Shown one piece after another: positions 1 to 13,059 of a stretch of DNA of 64,000 nucleotides. Position 1 is the first letter of the stretch, and each line of letters begins with the position of its first letter. This DNA comes from Octopus sinensis. Lineage: Eukaryota. The notes under the pieces are model-generated. The model was not told the DNA's origin and searched no databases. It worked only from the letters and a program-made list of their open reading frames with translations. The stretch covers positions 87,048,001-87,112,000 of the forward strand of contig NC_042997.1 in assembly GCF_006345805.1 (NCBI RefSeq), read 5' to 3'. Position numbers and translations under genes: made by a program.

Positions 1-106
1 GTTTTCCCTTCTTTCCCAAAGGCTGTCATTACTTTTGAGACAGTACTTCTTGACATACCAAACATTTCGGCTATTTTTATTACGCTAGCGCCTGCTATAC
101 GAGCAC

Positions 107-109
<3 letters not shown>

Positions 110-195
<86 letters not shown>

Positions 196-232
196 ATATG
201 GATAAATACACACACACACACATATATATATA
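110..232. repeat. (TA)n microsatellite with short (CA)n
   Basis: Direct dinucleotide run. Confidence 0.95.
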
Positions 233-512
233 TTATAGCCTCGGGCCGACCAAAGTCTCATGAATGGATTTCGTACACGGAACTTGAAAGAAGACTGTTG
301 TATATATGTATATATTTGTGTGTGTGTTTGTGTTTGTACCCACCCCTATTGCTTCACAACCGATGTTACAGTGTTTACGTTCCCATAACTTAGCGGTTCG
401 GCAAAAGTCACTGACAGGATAAGTACTAGGCTCACAAAGAATAAATCCTGTGGTCGATTTGTTCGACCAACGTCTGTGCTCCAGCATGGCATCTGAAACA
501 AGTAAAACAAAA
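233..512 (+). mobile_element. tRNA-derived SINE family A (internal microsatellite), 5'-truncated copy
   Basis: Matches the full-length copy at 31884-32295 (atagcctcgggccgaccaaag...cttagcggttcggcaaaag...ccagcatggc...gaaacaagtaaaa). Confidence 0.85.
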
Positions 513-3500
513 AAAAAACTATGCCCTCTAATCCCGAGTAAGACCGGATATCTCTGCTAAAACACATAAATTTGATCTGAGCACTGATTTACCTTATTTG
601 GTTTTATTTATTTATTTATTTATTTTTTTTGCATATTGAACAATTTTAAAACTCAGACACACATGCGCGTAAACACACATACACACACGCACGCACACAG
701 CTACCCACACACACGCCCACACACACATACGCATACACATGTATCCATATATATGCGTGTATAATATATGTATGAAAATATATCTGCATGTGTTCTTAGT
801 CGTCAATGTGGCATCATAAATATACAAAGCTAGGTAACATGTGTATATTTTTGTAGGTAACGTAGTCAGTAGCTGTTTAAATGATATATAAATTATATCA
901 TGCCTGTAGTGTCCCATGACTAATCCGTATAGCTGAATATTGATTTAGAGAATATGATTTATTGCAATTGTAAAAACATTGTTCTGCCGTGTAGCTGTCA
1001 CTGTTTCCTAGTTGTATGAGGCAGAAAACTTGCGAAAATTTTGTGTATGATATATCTGGATGAAAAATAAATATGAGATTGATTTTAATTGTGCGTTTTA
1101 AATAACAATTTGTGAATTACTTGTACGCATATTAAAAAACTGAGTTCGATGTAATCGACTAGACGCTACCCTGAAAATTACTGGTCTTGAACCTTAAGTA
1201 GAAATCAAGAATGATGGGGTTGTAGAATTATTAGAATATCGGGAAACCGTCTTGCAACGTTTGTTATGAATTTTTGTGTTCTGAGTCCAAATATTATTTA
1301 GCTCGGCATTGTCTATCATACTTCTGGATTGATAAACTGATGTACAAGTCAAGTACCGCGATTTGAGATTGATTTAATTGACTAACTCCACCCCTCAAAA
1401 TTACTGGACACGTAATTTTGAGTTAGAACTTGGTAGAGTCATTAAAGCATCGGAAAAAATATCTTGCAGTCATTTGCTCAAGTTTTTTATGTTCTGAGAT
1501 CAAATCCTGCTGAGTGGGGGCAATGTTGTCCTTCATCCCTCGGGACTCGATAACATAATGTGACACTCGGAGGTTGGGGTCGATGTAATCGGCTAAGACC
1601 TCCAACCTCCCCCACACTCGAAACTAGTAATGTTCAGTATTTTATCCAACTCTTAAACGAGTCTGCGACTCTGATGCTCTATTTCATCTCCGACACTTGA
1701 ACATAATTGTATGATAGAAATATTAATAAGCATATGATAGAAAGAAAACATTAGTCCAGGTGAAATGTAAAATTTCGCTGAATTATTTGATCATAACGGT
1801 AATAAAAATCCGTATCACTTCATTTATAAAGAAAGAAATATATCTAAGGCGTACCATTAAAGGAGCAATGACTTTCATTTCTGGTGGCACGGGGATTGTT
1901 TGTGAAGTAATGACTATAATGAAGCCAACAGGTTCACGGCACGAGGAGGATATCATAGACATGTGCCAGTGACGAGAAGTGATGAAAGGCAGGGAGCATG
2001 AAGTGATTCAATAGTAATGGAGGGGGCGACCAAAATAAAAGAGAAGAAAAGGATTAGCGCCGTTGGTAGGGCTTTTGTTCGTTACTTGAATGCATTTAAT
2101 GAAATATCATTACTATTATTGTGTTAAATACCAATGGCAAATGGAAACCAGATGTTGGCTTCATCAAGTAAGTTCATTTTCATCAGAGACATTAGTGGTA
2201 ATAGTGGAGATGGCGCAGACGTTTGCGGCGTTGGTGATCGTGGTAATTGCTTGTAGTAGTAGTGGTGGTAGTATGTTGGTTCCGTGATTGAACATACTGG
2301 CAGTGATTGCAGTGAAAAGACTATAACGGAGGTGTGGCGGTGTTGGTACAGGGGTGGTAGTGGTGGTATCTATGTCGGTTATATGATGGTAGTTGCTTTC
2401 CTCCTCCTCTACCTTATCGTCATCAACACAGCAACCATTGTCGTCGTCATTTTGTCGTCACAAACACTCAACATCTATCGATCTTTATCTCAAGCAACTT
2501 TCTCAAAAACAAAATTCTCACAAACTAAATTTCTTTTCTACTTTTAGCTTCCGAAGTATTTTTGCTTTTCTTTGATTTATTTTGATATTTTGTTTTGTTC
2601 CATACTCCACTTCAATTCTGACACCTTCCACTTTGCTTTCCAAATTTAGACATTAATAACGAACTGTTTTTGTTTTGTTTTGTTTTAATTCTTTAACTCT
2701 TGCTCTTTCTAACATTCCTACTTGCGTAATAGATTTTGTTTCTATTGTTTTTTTACCAACATTATTGAACATCCTCTACACCTCACCCCGATCCTTCTAT
2801 TTATACCCCACTGACCTCACTTCACTTCTCTTCTTCTAACTAACTGATCTTCTGTTTTTCCCAATACCTTTCCTAGACAGAAAAAGGAAGGATCAATCAG
2901 AGCAGTTTCAATGGAGTTTCTTAAGCAACTGTACCCTCTTTAACAGTCCACAGACACACTAATTATAAGTCCTCTTTTACTAAGGGCTTCAGCACACCAG
3001 CAGCATTAATGGCTGCTATTTTCCTTTAAATAATTACTGGTGTGTCAACAGTAATGCTATTATGTACTGTAGAGTATATCTATAGTTTTTAGCCAACATT
3101 GTATGTAATAACAAATGTAATTACCTTATCTTCACATACAATATATTTGTGCATTTATAAGTAATGTCTTTAAAGATAGTTAAAGTGGATACTTAGATTC
3201 TGATGGAATCCCAACACATATTCGAAGACATTCCAGTTGGTTTTCTCTGTCTATTCTCGAGGTTTACACCTGTCTATTACAAAGTGTTAAGTGAAATTAA
3301 TAGAGGTTTATATCTGCCTGTTACATAATGTTGACTAAAATCTATAGATATACTTTGAAAGAAACCACTGCTTACGTAGTAACAATATGGTTTCAATTTG
3401 TCAAAACCGTGAACATTTCAACTCTGTTATCAGCATAACTAATTTATTCGGTTCTCTCGTGACAATGTCTAAATAGATGTTGAAGAGGTTGGGGTGGTGG

Positions 3501-4129
3501 TTAACATTCAACCTTGTCTCAGACCCACGCGCTTTCAAAGCCATTCGTCAGTTCACTATCCATCGTCCCGACATACACTCGGTATTATTGTATAGCATCT
3601 CTATAACTTGCACTCTTGTAGGATTTACACTTGTTACTATCATCATCTTCTGTATGGCCTTCCACTATATTTGCGTGTATATGCATGCAGACATGCACAC
3701 ACATACACACGCGCGCTCTCACACAGAGCTAACCCTGAAATAATACGTGTGTGTGTGTATGTGTGTTTGTGTGTGTGTGTGTGTGTATGCGTATGTGTGT
3801 ATATGTGTGTGTGTACATGCATAAATAAATCGAGTACTTCCAAAGCTGACCCTTATCAAGAAACGAACAAAACAGACTTCTACACGTGGAATTTATGCTA
3901 AAGATTCATATGCACACAAAACCCATAATATTGGCTTTTTAATATTACATTGATTAGAAGATTCTAAGGATTCAAGTAATATGGTATAAATATGGATCTA
4001 TACTACGCTGACTGCTTCGTTAGAATACGCCACCATATAAATAATACTCTCAGTTTCTACTTGAGAAGGTAGAAGACCTGATGAGACATATTGGCTGAAA
4101 GGCTTCACTATCTCTAGTTGATACTGAGA

Positions 4130-5340
4130 TGGCAACCACTGGTATAAAACACAAAAATATAAATACAGGAAAATATCCCCTAGAATTAAAGAACTAATTC
4201 TCCTAGAAGTTCCGTAACTCTTCCAAGTCTTTTCAGAAAAAAAAAGACTTTAAAAAGACATTAGAATATTCGAAAATTCTAGAAATAAGTATTTTTCCTG
4301 ATAAAATCAATAACATCAATGAATAACATAAATAATGGAAAATATAACAAATTAAAGTAGTAAAAAACAAAACAAGCACTGAAAGTTACTATGACGTCAA
4401 TTAAGAAGCCAAATTCATAGCTAAAATAAGCCAAATAAACAATAATAGAATAGAATGCCTTGTTAAAAGGGATACTTTTATAACTTTGAGTGATCACACA
4501 CCAGGCTTCACGAACAAACCCACCAATAGATTCACAAACCTAGCTAAGAAAGAGGCCTGACTAATAAGCAAAAAGATTAATAAGAAATATAAATAACAAA
4601 ACTAGACAGATAACTTAGCTCCAGTAATTGACCTACAGAAGCACGGTTATCATCTAGTTCAAAGACATTTGGGATACGTTTAGAGAAAGATTCACACAAT
4701 TGATATTGTGGGTTCTAACCCTCGTATCGAAACCCCTATGGTAAAAGCCACAGGATTTGTCTAAAGATACATTAGCACTAATGATTCAGATATGGAGATA
4801 ATAGTGCACATAACACCCTAATCATTAACAAGAAGTAGGCTACAGTAAAAAAAATAAGATACATTTAAGGATCTAACACGAAGTTGATCATCTCAAGTAA
4901 ACCTATCAAATAGATCAATCTAGGTTGCTCGTGAGAAATGTATGCACTTGCCCGTTTGACACTTGCAATATAAATTTGGTCAAGTACAAAGCTGGAGATA
5001 CCCCGAATACACCAAGTCAACGGTCATTAAGAACAAATAATTAGGTATATGCAAGGAGTCGTTCAAAAAACGCTTTTACAACCATGGGTCTTCTTGCAGA
5101 CTCACTGACAAAGGAATTACGCAACGCTGGCCAATCACATTTGGAAGATGAGAGACCGAACATCGATTTGAGCATTAAATGAAGGATTCGCAGAAGATCG
5201 AAGTCATTGATAAACAGATATAAAAAGATGCAGTCGTTGCACAGTGGAAAGATCGCACATCCTATTTAAAACAAAGAATACAAAGAGCTTCTGAATTTTA
5301 AAAAGGGGGATATTCTGAGCACTGTATACAATAATTTCAT
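4130..5340 (+). pseudogene. Penelope-like element: degenerate RT plus GIY-YIG C-terminal region, internally deleted
   Basis: Broken frames give RIECLVKRDTFITLSDHTPGFTNKP (PLE RT start) and LGICKESFKKRFYNH...LANHIWKMRD...C..CTVERSHILF (GIY-YIG region); most of the RT palm and thumb is missing. Confidence 0.8.
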
Positions 5341-6289
5341 TATTATTATAAGGTGCCTTTATCTAGATAAATTCACCTTGTCCAGTTAGAAAATCTTATC
5401 AACTCTGGTTTTATAACACCAGCTTCCACGAATCCGGCCGGACATATCATCAACTTCCTGCTTTCTTCTTTCATTTTTCTTAGCATTATATATCTCAGCA
5501 CGCAAATCAGCATTACTATGCAGACAATATACACATCTTAACACCTACGTATAATCACTGGGTCATCCCTCACAGATATACCCAACAATATAATAAAATC
5601 TTTTAGAGACTACATAAAAAAAAATTAGCATTCAGTTTCCAGTTTCCTTCCATCGCCTTCTAACATTCGCCTGTTAACCACACATACATCAGCACCTAAA
5701 TATGGACACACATCTAGCATGAACGTTTGTATCCAATCCATGGAACTATACTTAACTATTCACCCAAATCTTTTAGACTCTACTAGTTCCCAATACACAG
5801 TTCCCAATACACAGGTAACGCGTTTACTTGCAATTTCTCACGGACTAACGTCCATATTCTGTAGATTCTTCGATACACCTTGATGACTGAATGTCTGAAT
5901 ATTGAAACTAAAGTTGTTGTCAGGAATCCATTAGGTTACTCTCACATTAAATTGAGTGCTTTGAATTGCTGAGTTTTACAAATATGAGCAATATATATGT
6001 GTGTGCGTGTGTGTGTGTATGTGTGTGTGCGCGCGCGTGCATGCGTGTATGTGTGTGTGTGTGTGTATTATATATATATATATATACATATAGACAGATG
6101 GATAGAAAGAGAGTGAAAGAGAGTGAGAGACATACGCATACATACAGACAGACACACACACATATGTACAAAATTTACTGATAGACATAAAAGCAAGAGA
6201 GTTGTTAGTTTCAACTCATCTTCTTGTCATAGATACGTACGCATATTAACGCATATACATCCAAAAGTATTTATTATATATATAATATT

Positions 6290-6543
6290 ATATATATTAT
6301 ATATATATATATATAATGTATATATATGTATATATATATGTGTATATATATATCTATATATCTATATATATATATATATATAATATAATATATATATATA
6401 TATATACACACACACAAGAAACATATATATATATATAATGTATATATATATGTATATATATATGTATATATATATATGTATATATATATAATATATATAT
6501 ATATCTATATATATATAATATTATATATAATATAATATATATA

Positions 6544-6589
<46 letters not shown>

Positions 6590-6600
6590 TATATATATAA
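6290..6600. repeat. (TA)n-rich compound microsatellite
   Basis: Direct sequence. Confidence 0.95.
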
Positions 6601-6807
6601 AATATTATTCGAGACAAAACCACTATTTTGCAAAACAAACAAGGAAAGACTTAATTAATACATAAAATTTTAATAAATTTTATATATATATATAGAAATT
6701 CGGGGTGAGTACTTGATAATTATAAGCACCTGTGTATACCGTTTGGTGGTGTAGGTGGTGGAGTAAATTGATCAAAATAAAAATAAAAACATGATGCGAA
6801 GGATTCA

Positions 6808-6885
6808 GCGGTACATATGTTTCGGGCCTTTATTAGACAGATTTATAACAATGCATAATGTATGTCTGTGGCCTTCTTCAGCCGC
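6808..6885 (-). ncRNA. Type I minimal hammerhead ribozyme (candidate)
   Basis: Minus strand reads GCGG-CUGAAGA-A-GGCC[ACAGA...UCUGU...]GGCCC-GAAA-C-AUAU-G-UA-CCGC: stem I 4 bp, both core boxes perfect, stem III 2 bp with palindromic loop, GUA cleavage triplet. Confidence 0.8.
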
Positions 6886-8390
6886 GCACAACAGCTTCCA
6901 CAAGGACATGTGTTACATCAAAAATTCTTGGTTGGGGATGCAAATCCTCTCATTCACGTACGACATAATGCGGCAGCAGCATAGAGTTGAAGCGTCCATC
7001 TCTTTCTTCTCTCAATGTAGAATGAGGAAAATTGGATGTTGAGGTAATGTAATAAATAAATACATATATAGAGGTGAAGATGGAGGGGCGAGAGTTCGGG
7101 ACGAGGGATAAAAAATGTATAAAAAGTGTAAGTATAGAATAATATAAAAATGTAGAGGATAAAGGGTTGTAAGTAGATGTAAAGGGGGTATAAAGAAATA
7201 TAAAGTAAAATAGAAATAGAAATAAAAGTAAAAAAACCTGATAAAAACATGATAAAAGTGTAAAAGAATGTAAAGATAAGGGATGTATAGAGGTTATGGA
7301 CCAAGCATGGTGGTCAGGAGATTGATAAAATTTAGTTGTAGAATTGTCAGTACATCAACAGTTTCGTCTGGGGACTTAATGCGTTGTAAATCAGAGCTGA
7401 TGAGCATTTAATCTGGTTCCTTGAATTAAATGGACTTCTAGTACATACATATCATCATGGATATATACACCCACATACACGCGTACATATACGCCTCCAA
7501 GCCTATAAGCATACACACGCACTCGCGTGTAAACACGTACATAAACACACACGCACCCACACGCACGCGCGTACACACACATACATACAACAGAATATCC
7601 GCATATATACACGGACATTACGCGCGTACACGCTCACATGTATATACGCGCGCCCATCACTACATACACACACGTATATGCCCACGCCTCTAGGTCCAGG
7701 TATAAGATATTAAAGGATGTGTATAAGAACGTATGTAAAGAATCCCGTACTCATGTCAATACGCGCACGCACACACGGCTGTGTGTCCGTATGTGCGTGC
7801 ACATATACACTCATATACACACACAGAGACACACGCGCACATGGGTATAGCTATAAGATATCGAAGTATGCATGTACATACATGCGCGTGCATATGTATG
7901 TATGCGTATACACACGTACGCGGACGCTCGTATATTCAAAAGGTGGATCCATAGGTAAGTAAATAAACATATATAGAGGTGTAAAGCGATAAGTTAGGGG
8001 TAAGAATGAGGGTAAGGGTAAAGATTAGAAATAAAAAATACAGTATAAAATAAGAAATACAATGTAATAGTTAGAAATGAAGTATAAGAATTATAAAATT
8101 TATAAGAGTTAAGGTAAGGGATGAAAATGAAAATGAGAATAAATGGAAGTAGAATAAAAGTAAAAATAAAATTAAAAATAAAAATAAAAATAAATGGAAG
8201 TAGGATAAAAGTAAAAATAAAAGTAAAAATAAAAATAAAATAAAATAAGATAAAAATATAATTTTGTAAAGTTTAAAGTTGTGTGTTAAACGTAGGGGCG
8301 GGCGGGGGGAACTGAAAATTGGAAGGGTGGGAAGTGGAGTTTGGCGGTGTGCGTTCACATCTGAGTTAGAAATGTGAAGGGTATAGAAAG

Positions 8391-8430
<40 letters not shown>

Positions 8431-9058
8431 AAGAAACATATATACATACATACATGCATGCATGCATACATACATACATACATACATACATACATACATA
8501 CATACATACATACATACATACATACATACATACATGCACATATAATAATCGGTGCGGGATATCCTCATAGAAATTACTAAGAGCTAGCAGGGGTTCCGAC
8601 AGCAGCCTTGTGCTACATACCTTCTATTGTTTCGTTTATTTCTTTAAACATATTGGAATGATTATAAGTTGACGTTGGTATAAAGTATAATATAATATAA
8701 TATGGATGATCAAAATGTAGCCAGCATTATATGGCCCAGTATGAATAAATTAGATAAATGGCTACGCCTATCTCCTTCCTCTACATTTTTTCTTTATGTG
8801 CGTGTGTGTGTGTGTTTGTGTGTGTGGCGCGAATTTCCATCACCATTCTTTATCTCTTGTATTCATTCGTATAAATAATTCCTTTGGTGTTTTAATTCTA
8901 CTTTGGAATATTTCTAGTCATTTATATGTTTATACGCACATACATGCACATACACACGGACGCGCGTGCGCACACACGCACAAAGAAACAAACAAACACT
9001 CGTCATCTCAGCAAATATTCAAATAAATCTTTCTCTTTGCAAACTTATATTAAGTGAT

Positions 9059-9159
<101 letters not shown>

Positions 9160-9537
9160 GGGAGTATAACTCCAACTTACAGGGAAAATTCAATTTAGTA
9201 TTAAATCAAATACGAGCAAATTTATCGTGCAATATTTAAACATAGTAAATAGGGTAATAAAAATAGGTCTGAAAAGTTAGGATATACAGATCGTTGGATT
9301 TGCACGTGCTTCCAGCGGTATGTACAACTCGGATTACAAAGGCTTCCTGCTGACGATTCTGGCCTTGGCAGATAAATTTTATTCATTTGCTAAAAAAAAT
9401 ATGAAACTGCAGTACAGGATTAGCTGAGATGGTAAACGTTTTTGATTTTCATTCCATTTCATGAATTTATCCCCTTTTTGTGTATCTAGCACTCGCTTCT
9501 TTATTCGGAGGCTTTTTAATGTATTTATATATATATA

Positions 9538-9608
<71 letters not shown>

Positions 9609-9799
9609 TACATATGTATATATGTGTGTGTGAACATATATGTGTATGTATGTATGTATGTATGTATGTATGCACTGAAAGCACGACACATGACCAAAAT
9701 TGAAGCTCCACTCTTACATCCAGTACGGTATGATGCGGAGCATCACACCCCATGTCAAGCTAATGTACGGAATACAAGCTGCCTAAAAGTATTAACATA

Positions 9800-9975
9800 G
9801 GTTTCAAAATTTGGTACTGTACCCCAGTGATTAACCGGTGCTTATTTCATCGGCCCCGAAAGGATGAAAAGCAAGGTCGACCGCGACGGAATTTGAAGTT
9901 AGAACGTAGCGGCGGACGAAATGCCGCTACGCATTTTGCCTGGCGTGCTAATGATTCTGCCAGCCTGCTTCTTGT
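9800..9975 (-). mobile_element. tRNA-derived SINE family B (Meta-domain-like)
   Basis: Reverse complement of the family consensus seen at 32739: GGCAGAATCATTAGCACGCCAGGCAAAATGCGTAGCGG...CTTTTCATCCTTTCGGGGCCGATGAAATAAGCACCGG. Confidence 0.85.
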
Positions 9976-10722
9976 AATAGTATTAATATGGTACAGAGAA
10001 CAGAGATGGCATTTTAAGCTTGCAGGCGTCGGAGTCCAAATGTTTAGCATCCGGATGCCCAAGTTCTAGATGTGTCTTCGAATCCCTGTTGAAAGCGTAG
10101 CACTGCTGGTGCCCCGCAGCAGTAAGTACCATTGAGAAATATATGAAGCACGCCGAGCTATTTACTCTCCCTTGGTACATGTGGAACCTGGTGTGTAGTC
10201 AAAAGGAAATAAACTTATTCTTGAATGTTCTACAATTCCCATTTAACCAATTCACAAATTCTTCAGTGTTTCTTCTTCTTTTCCTCCTCAACATTCTGTT
10301 TTCTTTTATATTAAACAAACCCATCGCTCTTTATATCTTTGCTGTTTCATTCTTTTTCCAAATTCTTTTAACTAAAAGCACTCACCCAAACACACACTCA
10401 CGCACATACACAAAATGCGCACTCACTCACTCACAGCCATTACATACGTACGCACACATATATCCATTTACATACCTCTTTATCATCTGCATCTACTTTC
10501 GTTTACATTCAAACTCTACTCTCTCTCTCTCTCTCTCTCCCTTTCTCTCTCCCTCTCTCTCTATCTCCCTCCCTTTCTCTCTCCCTCTCTCTCTCGTGAT
10601 TACTTTTTATTACATTAGTTTTTCACGATTACTGTCACCCCGCCGTTACAACCATCTCTATCACCACCATTATCACCACTACCAACACCACCATCTCTTC
10701 GCTATCCTCCATATTTTTATCG

Positions 10723-10760
<38 letters not shown>

Positions 10761-10884
10761 CAATCTATCTACCTCTCCTCTCCATACTAACACTTCTCTT
10801 TCCTTGTCCAGGTAAATCATGATGGCCATTATTTCTCACCTTCTCTTTTCGTTAACATCTCTCTTTTTCATATTGACTTCAAGT

Positions 10885-11085
10885 TTTGTCACAAGGCCAA
10901 TTTCGAGAGAAAAGGAAAGTCGATTTCATCGACCCCATTGCTCAACTGGTACTTATTTTATTGATTCCGAAAGAATGAAAGACAATGTCAACCTCGGCGA
11001 AATTTGAACTCAGAACGTAAAGACGGACAAAAGGCCGCTAAGCATTTTGCCCGGTGTGCTAACGATTCTTCCAGCTTGCCGTCTT
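10885..11085 (-). mobile_element. SINE family B copy
   Basis: Same consensus, including aatttgaactcagaacgtaaagacggacaaaaggccgctaagcattttgcccgg. Confidence 0.85.
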
Positions 11086-11589
11086 AAGCTGTCTTTTTCA
11101 TATTAGCACTTCTCTCTCCTCTTCTTTCTCTCTACCGCTATCTTCAAGCCATCCCTCTATGGCTATTATATCTTCCTTTGTCTCGACACGCATCGTTTCT
11201 CTATACCTTTTACTACTTACAAAGTTATTTTCCGTTTTGATTTTATTGTAGTTTATTATTTTTCTTCATCCTCACCACCATTCTCCCACCCTGCCATCAT
11301 TTCACCGTCGAGGTAAAATTCCGTCAGTATGGTGCCTCTAGAAAGTCATCCAAAATATGAATACCTCATATTGCGTCGAACAAAGAATGCCAAGAAATTA
11401 AGAATTAATACTACCACCACCATCACCACCCTACTACTATTATATTAACAACAGCATCAACAATAATAACGTCCACAGAAGCAAGTGTATCAACAGCAAC
11501 AGTAGCGACAGTTAACGTAAGATCTACAAAACCTACAAGAATACCTACAGGAGTTGCAGAGAATGTTTATTAGTTATACGGCCAGAAAA

Positions 11590-11780
11590 TACGAGAGTCC
11601 TTGCGTCGTCGTCCGACCGGCTAGAAATAGGCACCAAATCCCTCCCAAATTGCACCTTGCCGTTCGATTAAAGGTCACATTGATTTATACAATCTTCAGC
11701 TTTTTTTGACTGGCTAGTCACAACTCTGAACATAGTTCTGTTCGATCAGAGGTGACCTGATGTTAAATAACAAAAACAAC
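11590..11780 (-). repeat. Unclassified interspersed repeat family D
   Basis: Motif ...gatttgagggagatttggctgctatttctagcaggtcgagcgacc recurs in decayed form near 29060-29270, 31620-31830, 40810-40930, 45310-45480, 55860-56000 and 57200-57370, often next to (TTG)n. Confidence 0.55.
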
Positions 11781-11820
11781 AACAACTACAACAACAACAA
11801 ACAACAACAAAAACAGCAGC

Positions 11821-11860
<40 letters not shown>

Positions 11861-11877
11861 GCAACAACAACGACAGT

Positions 11878-12080
11878 AATGGTTTAAAATTTTGGTACAA
11901 GGCCAACAATTTCGGGGGAGCAGCTAGGTCGATTACAACGACTCCAGTGTTTAACTGGTACTTATTTTATCGACCCCGACAGGATGAAAGGTAGAGTCGA
12001 CCTCGGCCAAATTTGAACTTAGAACGTGAAGACGGACGAAACGCCGCTAAGCTAACGATTCTACCAGCTCTCCACCTTAG
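11878..12080 (-). mobile_element. SINE family B copy
   Basis: Family consensus, adjacent to the (CAA)n run at about 11770-11870. Confidence 0.85.
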
Positions 12081-12538
12081 CAACAATAACTATAACTTTA
12101 GTTTTGATCGGCTACTGACTTGCTACAAAGCTCAGCTAAAACCCACAACGTAATAACACTTTCTCAGACGTCTAGGGCAGTGCTGCAGCTACGCACACAA
12201 TCATCCCTGACCACGACCAGCTGATAAGCAAAGACTAATTCACCAACAAAATGCAAACTCAGAATCTGAACAATGTCTCTGCAATCGGCTTATTCTACCG
12301 CTGTTATAACGGCATCTCCTTCTCTGAACTACCGAATTAAATACCTCTCTAAGCAGTCCTACCGAAACATATGACATTCCTCCTATCGTAACCAGCTAAG
12401 AAATAGACAATTCGTCTCTAACCATGGGCGATGTATACATAAACAAAAATCCCTTTTTCTCAACAGCTCAGTCCGTTTAGCTCTGAATTATACTGCACAG
12501 CAGCATAATAATCATCATTTTGAGTATCAAAGTTTATA

Positions 12539-13059
12539 ACCTTCTCCTCGACTTACGACCGAGTTCCATTCCTGCTGACAGGTCATAAGTCGATCTGATC
12601 GTATATCGGACTTGTATTTTTGTCAACACTATTTTCATTCAAACGGGTTATAAAAATATAAAACACAAAAATTTATTTCATAAATATTGTACATAATATG
12701 AAAAATACATAATATATATACTCTATTGTACTAAACACAATCTAAAATTAATTTAAAAGTTAATATAAATGAAATTCCGCATTCATACAATAAAAAAAAG
12801 TGTTCTTATGAAAAAGTGCAATTGAAAATAAATTTTTAGCCTTCAAAGACATGTTCTTGTGTTGAGGTAGATGGTTTTTCGAGGAACATGGTGAGCTTTG
12901 GTTGGATAGTTTTTTTTTTCTTTTTTTTGTCATACATCTTACGATAACAGAGCACAACACCTTGAATGATACGTTCAACCTTTGCAAAGTGTTCGACTTT
13001 TCGTGATCGTAAGTCGCATATGTCGTAAGTTGCATAGGTCGTAAATCGAGGAAAAGGTG
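12539..13059 (-). mobile_element. Tigger/pogo-derived internally deleted DNA transposon (MITE-like)
   Basis: About 22-bp TIRs accttctcctcgacttacgacc / ggtcgtaaatcgaggaaaaggtg flanked by TA. Minus strand retains a Tigger-type C-terminus (FAKVERIIQGVVLCYRKMYDKKKKKKTIQPKLTMFLEK). Confidence 0.8.

Noticed and set aside
2960-3260. Protein-like snippets on the minus strand (KIAAINAAGVLKPLV; ENQLECLRICVGIPSESKY)
   Set aside because: In-frame stops on both sides, no consistent splice pair, no recognisable family.
5876-5920. TTGATGA...GAAAC motif in the tail of the first PLE
   Set aside because: Stem II spacing and stem I pairing do not fit a hammerhead; too degenerate to call.
12324-12376. CCGAAACATATG resembling the 3' half of the 6808 ribozyme
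   Set aside because: No CUGANGA box or stem I partner, and the cleavage triplet is absent.
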